Shown here in pieces: positions 1 through 11,610 of a stretch of 64,000 nt of DNA. This DNA is from Prochlorococcus sp. AG-347-L19 (lineage in GTDB: Bacteria; Cyanobacteriota; Cyanobacteriia; PCC-6307; Cyanobiaceae): positions 107,205 to 171,204 of the forward strand of contig QCCO01000002.1 of assembly GCA_003278895.1 (NCBI GenBank), read 5' to 3'. Position numbers and translations under genes: made by a program. The notes below the pieces were generated by a model. That model had not been told where the DNA came from and searched no databases. It was given only the letters and a program-made list of their open reading frames with translations. Position 1 is the stretch's first letter, and each line of letters begins with the position of its first letter.

Positions 1-891
1 CAGGATAAAAGATAGTTGCTTTTTCATGTCATTGGTTAAAGGTGACAAAGGACTTCTAGGATTACCTACGTCCCATCCCGATAGCTTCAAAGCAGCCTTA
101 ATTGGGATTGGATTAGTAGTCATAAAGAGTGCTTTGAAAAGAGGCTGAAGTTTTTCATGAATAGCAAGAGCATTGGAAACCTTTCCACTTTGAAAAGAAT
201 GAATCATCTCTTTCAATTGCAATCCAACTAAATGACTTGCAACACTTACTACTCCTACAGCACCTACAGATAACATTGGAAGCAACAATGAATCGTCGCC
301 ACTATATACAGAGAGTTGAGAGCCACAAATAGCTCTTAGTTCTGTTACTTCTTCTATTCTACCGCTTGCAGCTTTAATACTGAGAATATTTGAGAAATCC
401 ATAAGTTTCTTCACAGTATCAGGTAATAAATTGCATCCAGTCCTGCCAGGAATGTTGTAGAGCATAAGAGGCAAATCTTTTGCAGATTTAGCAATAGAAC
501 TGAAATGTTTATAAAGACCTTCTTGAGGCGGCTTATTGTAATAAGGAACAACGACCAAAGCACCGTCGGCACCAGATTCGTAAGCTTTTTTTGTAGCTTC
601 CACAGCTTCGCTTGTACAATTGCTACCAGTTCCAACTATTACTTTACAGCTTGCATCCAAAGATCCTTTTACCGCAATAAATAAATCATGCTGTTCCGCC
701 CACGAAAGAGTCGGAGATTCTCCAGTAGTACCGCACAACACAATTCCATCGGAACCGTTCTCAAAAAGATAATTTGAAAGTTTTATAGCTAGTTCATAAT
801 CTACATCTCCATTCTCAGTGAATGGAGTAACCATTGCAGTCAATATTCTTCCAAATAGTGGATTATTACACTCAGTTTTGTCTTTAATCAT
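1..891 (-). CDS. dapA: 4-hydroxy-tetrahydrodipicolinate synthase (3' end runs off the window; not in ORF track)
   Basis: Manual translation from ATG at 891: [24 protein letters not shown]...GTTGESPTL...VPYYNKP...YNIPGRT...SIKAAS. Start overlaps the asd stop (ATGA). Confidence 0.95.
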   Translation of the reverse strand, partial: MIKDKTECNNPLFGRILTAMVTPFTENGDVDYELAIKLSNYLFENGSDGIVLCGTTGESPTLSWAEQHDLFIAVKGSLDASCKVIVGTGSNCTSEAVEATKKAYESGADGALVVVPYYNKPPQEGLYKHFSSIAKSAKDLPLMLYNIPGRTGCNLLPDTVKKLMDFSNILSIKAASGRIEEVTELRAICGSQLSVYSGDDSLLLPMLSVGAVGVVSVASHLVGLQLKEMIHSFQSGKVSNALAIHEKLQPLFKALFMTTNPIPIKAALKLSGWDVGNPRSPLSPLTNDMKKQLSFIL

Positions 892-1919
892 TTTTTTGGA
901 ATTAATAACTCAGCTATTTGAACAGCATTCAGAGCTGCTCCTTTTCTTATTTGATCTCCACATAACCATAATTCTAATCCATGAGGCTGACTTATATCAG
1001 TTCTTAGCCTGCCAACAGCAACATTATCCCTTCCCATAACGTCATTTGGCATAGGAAATCTATTCTTTTTGTAATCCTCAATAACTTCAATTCCAGGAGA
1101 TTTTTTTAATTCTTCAAGAGCATCTTTAGGCTTAACTACATCGGCAAATTCAATATTGATCGATTCAGAATGTGCTCTCAGTACTGGGACTCGAACACAT
1201 GTAGCAGAAAGCTTTAAATCAGCAATATTTAATATTTTCCTTGTCTCATTAACCATTTTCATCTCTTCTTCGCAGTAATTATTTGAAAGCATAGTGGAAT
1301 TATGTAAAAACAAATTAAAAGCAAGGGAGTATGGCAAAACTTCACTTTTTTGAGGATTTCCTTGAAGATATTGTTCAGTTAAAAGTTTTAGTTCCTCCAT
1401 CGCCAGTTGGCCTGCACCACTGACAGATTGATATGTTGAGACAATAACTCTTTGAATAGTCGAAAGTTTGTTTAATGGAGCTAAAACTAATGTCAACAAA
1501 ATGGTAGTGCAGTTTGGATTCGCTATTACCCCATCATGATTAAGTACGTCACTTGCATTAACTTCAGGGACTATGAGAGGAACGTTCTTATCTAATCTGA
1601 AGGCACTTGAATTATCTATCAGTAAAGCATTTTGATCAATAATGGTAGATAACCATTTTTTTGAAATACTTCCGCCAGCTGAAGCCAAAACTAAATCAAG
1701 ATTCTTAAATTCTTCCTTAGTTGTTTTTTTTGTAACTAATTCTTCATCTTTCCAAATAATTTTTTTTCCTTCTGACCGCTCTGATGAAAGCAAGACCAAT
1801 TCTGATATTGGGAAATTACGTTGTTCAAGAATTTTTAGCAATTCAGATCCCACAGCACCTGAAGAACCTAAAACAGCAACTTTTAATGGCCTATTAGGCA
1901 AATACGGAGATTGTCTCAC
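888..1919 (-). CDS. asd: aspartate-semialdehyde dehydrogenase
   Basis: GSSGAVG NAD-binding loop, IANPNCTT catalytic Cys, [36 protein letters not shown]. Confidence 0.97.
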   Translation of the reverse strand: MRQSPYLPNRPLKVAVLGSSGAVGSELLKILEQRNFPISELVLLSSERSEGKKIIWKDEELVTKKTTKEEFKNLDLVLASAGGSISKKWLSTIIDQNALLIDNSSAFRLDKNVPLIVPEVNASDVLNHDGVIANPNCTTILLTLVLAPLNKLSTIQRVIVSTYQSVSGAGQLAMEELKLLTEQYLQGNPQKSEVLPYSLAFNLFLHNSTMLSNNYCEEEMKMVNETRKILNIADLKLSATCVRVPVLRAHSESINIEFADVVKPKDALEELKKSPGIEVIEDYKKNRFPMPNDVMGRDNVAVGRLRTDISQPHGLELWLCGDQIRKGAALNAVQIAELLIPKK

Positions 1920-2043
1920 ACTTTAAAATGATTTTTATAAATAGATTGACTATTTTTTTTACTTTATCAAAAAATTAACTTTCAAGGAAATCACATAATG
2001 TGAAATAATTAAGTTTCGGCTTATAGTAATAACTTAGAAAAAC

Positions 2044-3477
2044 ATGGCTAAAGATGCACTAATAGTCAAAACAACACCTCTTCCTCAAAGTAGAATTTCA
2101 TTCGAATTAGAAATACCATCTGAGATATGCAAAACGTGTGTAAATGAAACAATCAGTTCTATCAGTCGTTCGGCTAAAATTCCGGGATTTAGACTTGGTA
2201 AGATTCCTAAACAAGTCTTAATCCAAAGAATTGGCATCACACAATTACATGCTTCTGCTTTGGAAAAAATTATTGATAAATCATGGCAAGAAGCGTTAAA
2301 AATAAAATCTATAGAGCCACTAAGTGAGCCAGAATTGGTAGATGGATTTGAATCTTTACTTGCAAAGTTTAGTCCTGAAAAATCACTTAAAGTTACTCTT
2401 CAAACTGATGTTGCCCCAGAATTAAAACTTAAAAAATCCAAAGGACTAAGTGTTGAGATATCAAAGACAAAGTTTGATCCCAAGTCAATAGATGAAGCGC
2501 TAGAAAAATCTAGAAATCAGTTTGCAAACATTATTCCAGTTACAAATAGAGCAGCAAAATTAGGGGATATCGCTGTAGTTAGTTTCAAAGGAAAATATAA
2601 AGATTCTGGTCAAGAGATTGATGGTGGAACAAGTGAATCAATGGATCTTGAGTTAGAAAAGAACAAAATGATTCCCGGTTTCGTTGAGGGAATCGTAAAG
2701 ATGAAAATTGGTGATACTAAAACACTTAACCTTAAATTTCCTGATGATTATTCTCATGAGGATTCAAGAGGCAAAGAAGCAATTTTTGAAGTAAATCTTA
2801 AGGATCTTAAGGAAAAAGAATTGCCTGAACTTAATGACGATTTTGCAAAACAGTCTGGCAACAAAGAATCATTAAAAGAGTTAAAGAAAGATATTGAAAA
2901 GCAACTTAAAGACAATTTTGAAAAAACTCAAAAAGATATCAAAATTGAAGCTTTATTAGATGCCTTAACAAACGAATTGGTTGCTGAAATTCCAAAATCT
3001 ATGATTGATATAGAAGTGAGGAATAATATTGAACAAACCGCTCAAAGATTTGCTCAACAAGGTCTTGATGTAAAATCTACTTTCACTCCGGAACTAGTTA
3101 AGTCATTAGCAGAATCCACAAGGCCTCAAGCTGAAAAAAATGTTCAAAGAAATTTAGCTTTAAAAGCATTAGCTGAAACAGAAAAAATAAAAGTCGAGAA
3201 AGATGAAATTGATTTAAAAATGAAAGATTATGAAGAAGCAATCTCTCAATCTTCAAAACAAATAGATATTAAAAGATTAACAGAAGTAGTAAGTAACGAT
3301 CTTCTCAAAGAAAAATTAATAATTTGGCTTGAAGAAAATTCTGAAGTAAAAGAAAAAACTACAAAAACTTCAAAAGCCACCAAAACCTCCAAAACAACAA
3401 AAGCCACAAAAACTGCGACTAAAACTTCAAAAACTACAAAAACTACAAAAACTCAAAATAAAAAAGAAAAAAAATAA
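2044..3477 (+). CDS. tig: trigger factor
   Basis: IPGFRLGKIP ribosome-binding signature, FKBP domain (MIPGF, FPDDY, ELPELNDDFAK); conserved tig-clpP-clpX order. Confidence 0.97.
   Translation: MAKDALIVKTTPLPQSRISFELEIPSEICKTCVNETISSISRSAKIPGFRLGKIPKQVLIQRIGITQLHASALEKIIDKSWQEALKIKSIEPLSEPELVDGFESLLAKFSPEKSLKVTLQTDVAPELKLKKSKGLSVEISKTKFDPKSIDEALEKSRNQFANIIPVTNRAAKLGDIAVVSFKGKYKDSGQEIDGGTSESMDLELEKNKMIPGFVEGIVKMKIGDTKTLNLKFPDDYSHEDSRGKEAIFEVNLKDLKEKELPELNDDFAKQSGNKESLKELKKDIEKQLKDNFEKTQKDIKIEALLDALTNELVAEIPKSMIDIEVRNNIEQTAQRFAQQGLDVKSTFTPELVKSLAESTRPQAEKNVQRNLALKALAETEKIKVEKDEIDLKMKDYEEAISQSSKQIDIKRLTEVVSNDLLKEKLIIWLEENSEVKEKTTKTSKATKTSKTTKATKTATKTSKTTKTTKTQNKKEKK
3355..3456 (+). repeat. degenerate 9-bp tandem repeat (about 11 units, AAAACTACA-like) encoding K-T/A-x triplets at the Tig C-terminus
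   Basis: Units read directly: aaaactaca aaaacttca aaagccacc aaaacctcc aaaacaaca aaagccaca aaaactgcg (act) aaaacttca aaaactaca aaaactaca aaaactcaa. Confidence 0.85.
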
Positions 3478-3542
3478 TTTATGAAATTTCTTACTAATTA
3501 AACAAAAACCTCTTAAATTATCTATAGGACGAAAACTAATTT

Positions 3543-4187
3543 GTGAACTCAGAAAAAAAACATTTGATCCAAAGCTCAATAAGTTCTTACGAAAGTAATA
3601 ATAAAACTATTGATGCTGTTCCTACCGTTATAGAACAATCAGGTAGAGGAGAAAGAGCTTTTGATATATATTCAAGACTATTGAGGGAGAGAATAATTTT
3701 TTTAGGTACTGGAATTAATGATCAAGTATCTGACTCTCTTGTTGCACAATTATTATTTCTTGAAGCGGAAGATCCCGAAAAAGACATCCAAATATATATC
3801 AATTCTCCTGGAGGTTCAGTAACTGCAGGAATGGCCATATACGATACTATGCAACAAATATCTCCTGATGTAGTGACGATATGTTTTGGAGTAGCAGCAA
3901 GTATGGGGGCATTTCTACTTTCTGGAGGAGCAAAGGGGAAAAGATTGGCGTTACCTAATTCTAGGATTATGATTCATCAACCTCTTGGAGGGGCTCAAGG
4001 TCAAGCAGTAGAGATTGAAATACAAGCTAAAGAAATACTTTTCCTCAAGAAAACATTAAATTCGCTTTTAGCAGAACATACTGGTCAACCTTTAGAAAAA
4101 ATTAATGAAGATACAGAAAGAGATTACTTTTTATCTCCCTCGGAAGCAGTCGAATATGGATTAATTGATAAAGTTATCAAAAAGTGA
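3543..4187 (+). CDS. clpP: ATP-dependent Clp protease proteolytic subunit
   Basis: [27 protein letters not shown] (Ser), MIHQP (His); GTG start. Confidence 0.97.
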   Translation: MNSEKKHLIQSSISSYESNNKTIDAVPTVIEQSGRGERAFDIYSRLLRERIIFLGTGINDQVSDSLVAQLLFLEAEDPEKDIQIYINSPGGSVTAGMAIYDTMQQISPDVVTICFGVAASMGAFLLSGGAKGKRLALPNSRIMIHQPLGGAQGQAVEIEIQAKEILFLKKTLNSLLAEHTGQPLEKINEDTERDYFLSPSEAVEYGLIDKVIKK

Positions 4188-4292
4188 CAAGGGATACTGA
4201 TTTTTTAAGAATATGATGACGAATTGATATTTATAAGCAATCCTAGTGAATAGGTAATATTTAACGCCTTTCACTTTAAAAACTTAAAATCG

Positions 4293-5660
4293 ATGGCTAA
4301 ATTCGACGCCCATCTTAAATGTTCATTTTGCGGGAAATCACAAGACCAAGTAAGAAAGCTTATAGCTGGTCCTGGGGTTTATATCTGTGATGAGTGCATA
4401 GATCTTTGTAATGAAATTCTCGATGAAGAACTACTTGATAATCAAGCGAACACAAACAACTCTCCGCAAGTAAAAAAGAAATTACCAACTGATAATCCTA
4501 AAAAATCTGTTCCTTTAGAATTAACCTCAATTCCTAAGCCATTAGAAATTAAAAGTTTTCTAGATAATCAAGTTGTTGGACAGGAATCTGCAAAAAAAAT
4601 ATTATCAGTAGCCGTATACAATCACTACAAACGATTAGCTTGGAAAGTTAAAGAAGATAGTAAAAATAATAATTCATCAGATTCACAAGCAACTAAATTA
4701 CAAAAATCAAATATTTTACTCATCGGCCCTACTGGAAGTGGAAAAACATTATTGGCACAAACGTTAGCAGAGTTTCTTGATGTTCCTTTTGCAGTAGCTG
4801 ATGCAACCACTTTGACAGAAGCTGGATATGTTGGTGAAGATGTTGAAAACATACTTTTAAGACTTCTACAGAAATCAGAAATGAATGTAGAACTAGCACA
4901 AAAAGGAATTATTTATATTGATGAAATAGATAAGATTGCAAGAAAAAGCGAGAATCCTTCAATTACTAGAGATGTCTCTGGTGAAGGAGTACAGCAAGCA
5001 TTATTAAAAATGCTTGAAGGAACAATTGCTAATGTGCCACCACAAGGCGGAAGAAAACATCCTTATCATGACTGCATCCAAATTGATACTAGTCAAATAT
5101 TATTTATTTGCGGAGGAGCTTTTATAGGTTTAGAGGATATCGTTCAAAAGCGTATGGGTAAGCATTCTATAGGATTTACCACCAATTCAGATCAAAACAA
5201 AGTTGATACAAAAAAAATAGTAGAGCCAAGAGATTCGCTGAAAAATTTAGAATTAGATGACTTAGTGAAATATGGCCTAATTCCAGAATTTATTGGAAGA
5301 ATTCCGGTTTGTGCTGTATTAGATCGTCTTACTAAAGAAACTTTAGAATCTATTTTGACACAACCAAGAGATGCATTAGTAAAGCAATTCAAAACTTTGC
5401 TAAGTATGGATAACGTTGAATTATCATTTGAACCTGATTCTGTTCAAGCGATAGCAAATGAAGCATATAAAAGAAAAACAGGTGCAAGAGCATTGAGATC
5501 AATAATTGAAGAGCTAATGCTAGATATAATGTATACTTTGCCATCTGAAGAAAATATAAAAGAATTTACAATTACGAAAAAAATGGTAGATAGTTTGTTC
5601 TCGTCTAAAATTGTTAAACTACCTTCAGGATCAAATAGAATCATTAAAGAGTCTGCATAA
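4293..5660 (+). CDS. clpX: Clp protease ATP-binding subunit ClpX
   Basis: CSFC/ICDEC zinc finger, GPTGSGKT Walker A, GYVGED pore loop, [19 protein letters not shown]. Confidence 0.98.
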   Translation: MAKFDAHLKCSFCGKSQDQVRKLIAGPGVYICDECIDLCNEILDEELLDNQANTNNSPQVKKKLPTDNPKKSVPLELTSIPKPLEIKSFLDNQVVGQESAKKILSVAVYNHYKRLAWKVKEDSKNNNSSDSQATKLQKSNILLIGPTGSGKTLLAQTLAEFLDVPFAVADATTLTEAGYVGEDVENILLRLLQKSEMNVELAQKGIIYIDEIDKIARKSENPSITRDVSGEGVQQALLKMLEGTIANVPPQGGRKHPYHDCIQIDTSQILFICGGAFIGLEDIVQKRMGKHSIGFTTNSDQNKVDTKKIVEPRDSLKNLELDDLVKYGLIPEFIGRIPVCAVLDRLTKETLESILTQPRDALVKQFKTLLSMDNVELSFEPDSVQAIANEAYKRKTGARALRSIIEELMLDIMYTLPSEENIKEFTITKKMVDSLFSSKIVKLPSGSNRIIKESA

Positions 5661-5716
5661 AATTAGAGATTAAATTTTTAATCAAATCCCGAATTTTTCT
5701 AATTAATGAAAAATAA

Positions 5717-7480
5717 ATGCCAAATATACATAAGCCTTTTCATCAAAAATATAGACCAAACAACTTAGACGAACTGGTTGGGCAAAAATTTATATCCATT
5801 ACACTCAAACAAGCACTATTAACAAAAAAAATTGCTCCTGCTTATCTTTTTAATGGTCCAAGAGGAACTGGAAAAACATCAAGTGCAAGAATATTTGCAA
5901 AATCTCTAAATTGCCAGGCATTCGACCAACCTACGATAACTCCTTGTTGTAAATGCGATATATGTAGACAAATTACAGATGGGAGTGCTCTAGATATTAT
6001 CGAAATTGATGCAGCATCAAATACAGGAGTAGAAAATATAAGAGAAATTATAGAAAGAGCTAGATTTGCACCTACTCAAGCGAGATGGAAAGTATATGTT
6101 ATTGATGAATGTCATATGCTTTCAACGGCAGCTTCAAATGCTTTACTAAAAACTATTGAAGAACCACCCTCAAGAGTTGTATTTATCCTTGCGACGACAA
6201 ATCCTGAGAGAGTACTAAATACAATACAAAGTAGATGCCAAAAGTTTGATTTTAGAAGAATAAGCCCTAATGATATTTTTCAACATTTATTAGAAATCGC
6301 GGAAAAAGAATCCATTGAGTACGAAGTTCAAGCCTTGAAAATGATTGCACAAAGATCTAATGGAGGTATGAGAGATGCACAAAGCCTCCTTGAACAACTA
6401 AATCTTTTACCAGAAGGCATAACAATTAATAATATTCAAAACCTCCTAGGAGAAGTATCAGAAAGTGAATTAACAAATCTGATTAAATCATTGGTCGAGA
6501 ATAATCCAGAGTCATTAATTATCACCTGCAACAAATTATATGATGCCGGGAACGAACCTCTTCAAATAATTATCGGACTATTTAATATAACTAGAGATCT
6601 ACTTTTATACACTACAAATAATAAATATTCAGATCTTTATCATACGTCTGAGGAATTTCGAGATGAATTGAATAAAATCTCAAAAACAATAAATAAATCA
6701 ACAATAATTAATTGGCATAACAATCTGAGAAATATTGAATATCAAATCAAAACAAGTGATAATCCAAGGCTTTGGTTTGAAATACATTTAACTGGCCTTC
6801 TAGGTAATCAAGAGATAAAAAGTTTTGAAAATAAGCAAGTAAGTAAAAATAATACCACTGAGGAGAAGTATGAAAGTAGAAGAAAAATCGCAAGTTTTAA
6901 TAAAGAAAATATTTCTAATGAAATTCAAAAACCAATTATCAAAAAAGAGTTAACTCGGGAGGAATTGATCGAAAAAAAAGACGAAAAATTAGAAAAGTTT
7001 GACGTTCTTGAAAAAGAAAGTATTGATAATATTTCTTACAATAACCAAAATAATCCTAGATCAAATAATTTAAAAGATAAATGGGAATTAATTCTCTCTA
7101 AAGTAGATTTACCATCAACAAGAATGTTACTTTCACAACAAGCCGAACTTGAAAGTTTGGAATCGGAGAAAATCACAATTGCATTATCTCCAAACTGGGA
7201 AAGTATGATAAAAAGCAGAAAAGTTATAATAGAAAATACTGTAAAAAAGATATTTGGGGATCAAATAGTACTTAATTTTTCAACCAAACAATCAAATAAA
7301 AGTAACCCAAAAAATACTCCAGAAATAACTAAAAATGAAGTGAATAATTTTCGGCCAATTAAAAAAAGTGAACCAAAAACTAATTTGACAACAAAAATAT
7401 CTAAAGAGGAAACTTATGATGATAGTTCAAAAAACTTGGCAAATTTTTTTAATGGAGAAATTATAGACCTTGATGAATAA
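5717..7480 (+). CDS. dnaX: DNA polymerase III subunit gamma/tau
   Basis: KYRP, GPRGTGKT, zinc module, EIDAAS, IDECHML, SRC motif. Confidence 0.96.
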   Translation: MPNIHKPFHQKYRPNNLDELVGQKFISITLKQALLTKKIAPAYLFNGPRGTGKTSSARIFAKSLNCQAFDQPTITPCCKCDICRQITDGSALDIIEIDAASNTGVENIREIIERARFAPTQARWKVYVIDECHMLSTAASNALLKTIEEPPSRVVFILATTNPERVLNTIQSRCQKFDFRRISPNDIFQHLLEIAEKESIEYEVQALKMIAQRSNGGMRDAQSLLEQLNLLPEGITINNIQNLLGEVSESELTNLIKSLVENNPESLIITCNKLYDAGNEPLQIIIGLFNITRDLLLYTTNNKYSDLYHTSEEFRDELNKISKTINKSTIINWHNNLRNIEYQIKTSDNPRLWFEIHLTGLLGNQEIKSFENKQVSKNNTTEEKYESRRKIASFNKENISNEIQKPIIKKELTREELIEKKDEKLEKFDVLEKESIDNISYNNQNNPRSNNLKDKWELILSKVDLPSTRMLLSQQAELESLESEKITIALSPNWESMIKSRKVIIENTVKKIFGDQIVLNFSTKQSNKSNPKNTPEITKNEVNNFRPIKKSEPKTNLTTKISKEETYDDSSKNLANFFNGEIIDLDE

Positions 7481-7481
7481 A

Positions 7482-8783
7482 TTAAACTCCAGTATGAAGA
7501 GTTTTTCGCCAGAGTATCTTTTTGGGGAAAATAGACATCTTTATTGTGACCCAAGGGATTACTAAAAACCAATGTGATAGATAAAAAACCGATAAAAATA
7601 CCATCAAAAAATTGCTTTTTTGCAATACAGGTACTTCGCTATTGCAAGAAGAACCGTACCAAAAAGCAATTCCAGATAGCATAAAAGCTGTAAATGAAAT
7701 AGGCCAGTAAATTGGTGAATCTAATAAAGTAATACTGAAAACTAAATCAAAAATAGAAATAATTGGTAGTGCATACTGCAAGATGAAGAAGTAAGTTAAA
7801 TCAAATTTTTGCAAATAATCAATTTTCTTAGTGAATAATTGATCTCCATAATCAAAAAATCTTTGCAACCCCCCCTCTGCCCATCTTTGCCTTTGCGCCA
7901 TTAAAGCATTTAAATTCTCAACAGCTTCCTCCATGACTGGAGGATCCCATAAGATTCCAATTCTAGATTTTGATAATAATAATCTTAAACTCAAATCAAG
8001 ATCATCTGTAACTGTATCTTCATTAAAAGATCCACATGCCAATAATGTTTCTTTCTTGATTAATTGGCCATTTCCCCTCAATTCAGAAACGCCAGCAACT
8101 GATAATCTTCCATATTGAAAAATTGCATCCATAGCCATCTCCATTGACTGACAGGAAGTTAAAAAATTCTTACATACATTTGTTACTGATTTTCTTAGTT
8201 GAACTGCAGACCAATCACCCTCTTTTACAAAACTAAATAACCTTATCAAAGCATCTTGTTTTAATTCAGCATCAGCATCCAAAACTAATAACCATTCACC
8301 ATGAGTAAATTTCAAGGCATAATTCAAAGCTCCTGACTTTCCTCCTCCTGCGTTTGGAGAACGACTTATGACTTTTAGCTTGTCATATTGTCTAGATAAT
8401 CGATCTAAAATTAAAGGCGTCTTATCAGAACTACCATCATCGATTATGTAAATATTTAATTTATTTGTTGGATAATCTAAACTAAATAATCTTTCAACTA
8501 ATCTTGCTATGACATTCTCTTCATCTCTAGCTGCAACTAAAATATCAAGCAGAGGTAACTCTTTATTGCTAATTCTTCTGCTTAAAGTATTTAAAACGTT
8601 GTTCCTTTTGAAATTTCTAGAAATAACTATTAAACCGTAAAAAACAATCACAAAAGAAAGAGTCAATATTATGTAAAAGAAATTTTCGATATTTTTAGCA
8701 TGAGGAATAAAAGCTACTAAAAAACAAGCACTAAGAAATATAAACGACTTCAATCTTCGATTTTTATAAAAACCCTTACTCAT
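7482..8783 (-). CDS. GT2 membrane glycosyltransferase, probable monoglucosyldiacylglycerol synthase (MgdA-like)
   Basis: N-terminal TM segments, DDGSSD, GGKSGALN, DAD, ELRGNG, TDDLDL, QRQRW (QxxRW). Confidence 0.75.
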   Translation of the reverse strand: MSKGFYKNRRLKSFIFLSACFLVAFIPHAKNIENFFYIILTLSFVIVFYGLIVISRNFKRNNVLNTLSRRISNKELPLLDILVAARDEENVIARLVERLFSLDYPTNKLNIYIIDDGSSDKTPLILDRLSRQYDKLKVISRSPNAGGGKSGALNYALKFTHGEWLLVLDADAELKQDALIRLFSFVKEGDWSAVQLRKSVTNVCKNFLTSCQSMEMAMDAIFQYGRLSVAGVSELRGNGQLIKKETLLACGSFNEDTVTDDLDLSLRLLLSKSRIGILWDPPVMEEAVENLNALMAQRQRWAEGGLQRFFDYGDQLFTKKIDYLQKFDLTYFFILQYALPIISIFDLVFSITLLDSPIYWPISFTAFMLSGIAFWYGSSCNSEVPVLQKSNFLMVFLSVFYLSHWFLVIPWVTIKMSIFPKKILWRKTLHTGV

Positions 8784-8795
8784 AAAAGTAAATTG

Positions 8796-10349
8796 TTAAT
8801 TACTTAACTTTGATTGAGACAATATCTCAAATTTTTTTAGTTTTGCATTTCGATAGTAATGATTCAATATTTTTTCATAAGAGAATCCTAATTTAGCCAT
8901 TTCAATTGCTCCTGACTGAGATAAACCTACACCATGACCGAAGCCTCCTCCTCTCAAAAGCCATAAATCATCATTTAATTTATTAATAGTAAACAAATTA
9001 CTAGGTATAAAATTTAATACCCGTCGAATATCATCTTTAACAAGAACAATAGATTTATTATCCTTGTACGTTTGTATTTCCAATTTTGTCACTCTGCCAC
9101 TAGACCCACGTTCAATAGCATTTAAATCCAAAACATCTTCGTTTATATTTATAAGTTTGTTTTTAATTAACTTTTCTTTAATTTCAAGACTAGAAATTTT
9201 CTTATTCCATCGAAAAAGAGAATGATTACTCCCATAAAACTGTTCTTTATCAAAATCTAAAAAATTATTTAAATAAGATTCATTTGTAATTGGAAGTTTA
9301 AAAATTTTATTTAATGATTTAGAACCATCAATGATTGAATTGAAATAAGAATAATCTTGAATTTGCCAAGACTCGCCTGCAGTAGCAGATACTCCACCAT
9401 TAGAACCATGGTAAAAAGCATTTATTGGTTGATTTTCATGAGTGAGAATTAAATTTGAAGTTGCTTCTATTGCTTTTTGTACATTTTTATTTTTAATTTT
9501 AGAAGGTTTATAAACTTGGCATTGAGTGCTTATACATAAATGATATTTATCCATATTAAATCTATCAGAATTAAATATTCCCCAAGTTCTTGCAATAACT
9601 GCTTGAGCCTTGAGTGCTTCTAAGGGAGAATTCGGTCCAATTTCATATGGCAAAACACCTGCCAAATAGTCATCAAATTTAATTTTTTGTACTAAGGTCC
9701 AAGTTCCATATAAATCTTTTATTAAATAAAAATTTTTGCCAAAATTAACACCATTTATTTTTATTTCCTCTTCAGAATAAATATATATAGGACCTTTAAG
9801 TTTCATACCACTGTAGTCATTTCTAAGAACAGGAGTAATTTGAAAATTTTTTATTTTTTTGAAAATCTTATTTTTTAATTCAAACTCTGGCAGATCATCT
9901 TGAAATGGAATCCATACTTCCCAATTTTTAGGGTAGGCAACAGTCGTCTCAAATCCTTTATCTTTTAGTTTCTCTGATTGTTTTTTTGCCGATTCATAGC
10001 TAGCAAAAGGACCAAAAACAATTCTTTCAATTGTTTTTGGATTTTTGACGGGAATATCCTCCCAGGTAATATTTATCTGTTTTGATTTATGTTTAATACC
10101 GTTGGACGATATCAAGTATAAAAAGCCTTTATTAGTTGTAAAGTTTATATTCTTTTTCTCCGAAAAACTATCATTCTTCCCACCTAAATATTGCTTTAAA
10201 CCAATTAAAAATTTTCCTTTTTTAATTTCATTATGGAGTTCAACCTTCAGCAATTCTTCTCCTTTTGTATTTGAAATCAATTTAGTGTTTATTACTAAAA
10301 GAGAAATACAGCCTAAAAATAAGTTTAAAAAGGCAAATTTAAGTTTCAT
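8796..10349 (-). CDS. SpoIID/LytB domain protein (lytic transglycosylase-like)
   Basis: YLAGVLPYE, EALKAQAVIART, CQVY, GGFGHGVGLSQSGA, ILNHYY. Confidence 0.9.
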   Translation of the reverse strand: MKLKFAFLNLFLGCISLLVINTKLISNTKGEELLKVELHNEIKKGKFLIGLKQYLGGKNDSFSEKKNINFTTNKGFLYLISSNGIKHKSKQINITWEDIPVKNPKTIERIVFGPFASYESAKKQSEKLKDKGFETTVAYPKNWEVWIPFQDDLPEFELKNKIFKKIKNFQITPVLRNDYSGMKLKGPIYIYSEEEIKINGVNFGKNFYLIKDLYGTWTLVQKIKFDDYLAGVLPYEIGPNSPLEALKAQAVIARTWGIFNSDRFNMDKYHLCISTQCQVYKPSKIKNKNVQKAIEATSNLILTHENQPINAFYHGSNGGVSATAGESWQIQDYSYFNSIIDGSKSLNKIFKLPITNESYLNNFLDFDKEQFYGSNHSLFRWNKKISSLEIKEKLIKNKLININEDVLDLNAIERGSSGRVTKLEIQTYKDNKSIVLVKDDIRRVLNFIPSNLFTINKLNDDLWLLRGGGFGHGVGLSQSGAIEMAKLGFSYEKILNHYYRNAKLKKFEILSQSKLSN

Positions 10350-10440
10350 AAATTAGAACTTTCCTTATCAATTAAAAACTTTAATTTGCACCAATGCGTA
10401 TAAAGGTTTAGATTATCCTAATTAAACACATTTGACTTAA

Positions 10441-10638
10441 ATGTCTAAACTAAAAACTCGTAAATCAGCTGCCAAAAGATTTAAAGCTACTGCGACGGGT
10501 AAATTCATGAGAAGAAGAGCTTTCCATAATCATTTACTTGATCATAAAAGCTCAAAATTAAAAAGACATCTATCAACAAAAGCCGTAGTTGATGAAAGAG
10601 ATGCTGATAATGTAAGATTAATGATTCCATACGCATAA
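10441..10638 (+). CDS. rpmI: 50S ribosomal protein L35
   Basis: [15 protein letters not shown]...HLL; directly upstream of rplT. Confidence 0.97.
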
Positions 10639-10666
10639 ATCTTTAACCAATTTTTATTAGATATTC

Positions 10667-11014
10667 ATGGCACGGGTAAAAAGAGGCAACATAGCCAGAA
10701 AAAGAAGAAACAAAATCTTAAATCTTGCAAAAGGTTTTAGAGGCGGCAACAAAAATCTTTTCAGAACCGCAAACCAAAGAGTGATGAAAGCTCTTTGTAA
10801 TGCTTATAGGGATAGAAGGAGAAGAAAAAGAGATTTTAGAAGACTTTGGATCTCTAGAATTAACGCATCTGCCAGAATGAATGGAACAAACTATAGCAAG
10901 TTAATAAATGGCATGAAAAATTCAGAAATTATCATTAACAGAAAAATGCTTGCTCAATTAGCATTAAACGATCCTAAGTGTTTTGAAAAAATTGTTTCTT
11001 CCGTTAGTAAGTAG
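10667..11014 (+). CDS. rplT: 50S ribosomal protein L20
   Basis: [31 protein letters not shown]. Confidence 0.98.
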   Translation: MARVKRGNIARKRRNKILNLAKGFRGGNKNLFRTANQRVMKALCNAYRDRRRRKRDFRRLWISRINASARMNGTNYSKLINGMKNSEIIINRKMLAQLALNDPKCFEKIVSSVSK

Positions 11015-11050
11015 AAAAAATAATATAATTTAGAAAAGTAATTATAAATA

Positions 11051-11608
11051 ATGGAAATATCTTCCTTTCAATCTTATTTAATAATTCTTTTTGTTGTATT
11101 AATAATAATTTCTATTTTTGTATTCAGACAATTTCTAAAAACAAGAAGTGAAGAATTAAATTTAGTAAAATTCGAGCAGAAAGGTTTAGATTCTCTTACT
11201 CAAGCTACAGAATTGTATGAATTTGGGTCTATTCAGATAAAAAAAAGATTATATTCTGAAGCTACTAAAACTTTTTTAAAAGCAATTGAAAATTATGAAA
11301 ATGAACCTGATGAAGCCAAAGCGATAATAAATAATGCTTTAGGATTTTCTTATGCTGCTCAAAATGAATTTAAGAAAGCAATTAAACACTATAACTCTGC
11401 AATAAAATCACTTCCAGAATATCCTATAGCCCTAAATAACCTCGCATCAGCACAACAGCGTTTACTTGAGTACGACTTGGCATATGAAACTTATCAAAAG
11501 GTTTTGGTGATAGATCCAAAAAACAAAACAGCAATTAAAAAAAGTAAGGAGTTAGAAAAAAGAAACAATTATAAACCTTATAAAGGTATTAAAGATAAGG
11601 GATTCTAA
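11051..11608 (+). CDS. membrane-anchored TPR protein (Ycf37-like)
   Basis: N-terminal TM followed by TPR helices ([28 protein letters not shown]). Confidence 0.75.
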   Translation: MEISSFQSYLIILFVVLIIISIFVFRQFLKTRSEELNLVKFEQKGLDSLTQATELYEFGSIQIKKRLYSEATKTFLKAIENYENEPDEAKAIINNALGFSYAAQNEFKKAIKHYNSAIKSLPEYPIALNNLASAQQRLLEYDLAYETYQKVLVIDPKNKTAIKKSKELEKRNNYKPYKGIKDKGF

Positions 11609-11610
11609 AT

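Noticed and set aside
3355-3456. Repeat tract as a CRISPR-like array
   Set aside because: It has 9-bp in-frame coding units with no spacers, and there are no cas genes.
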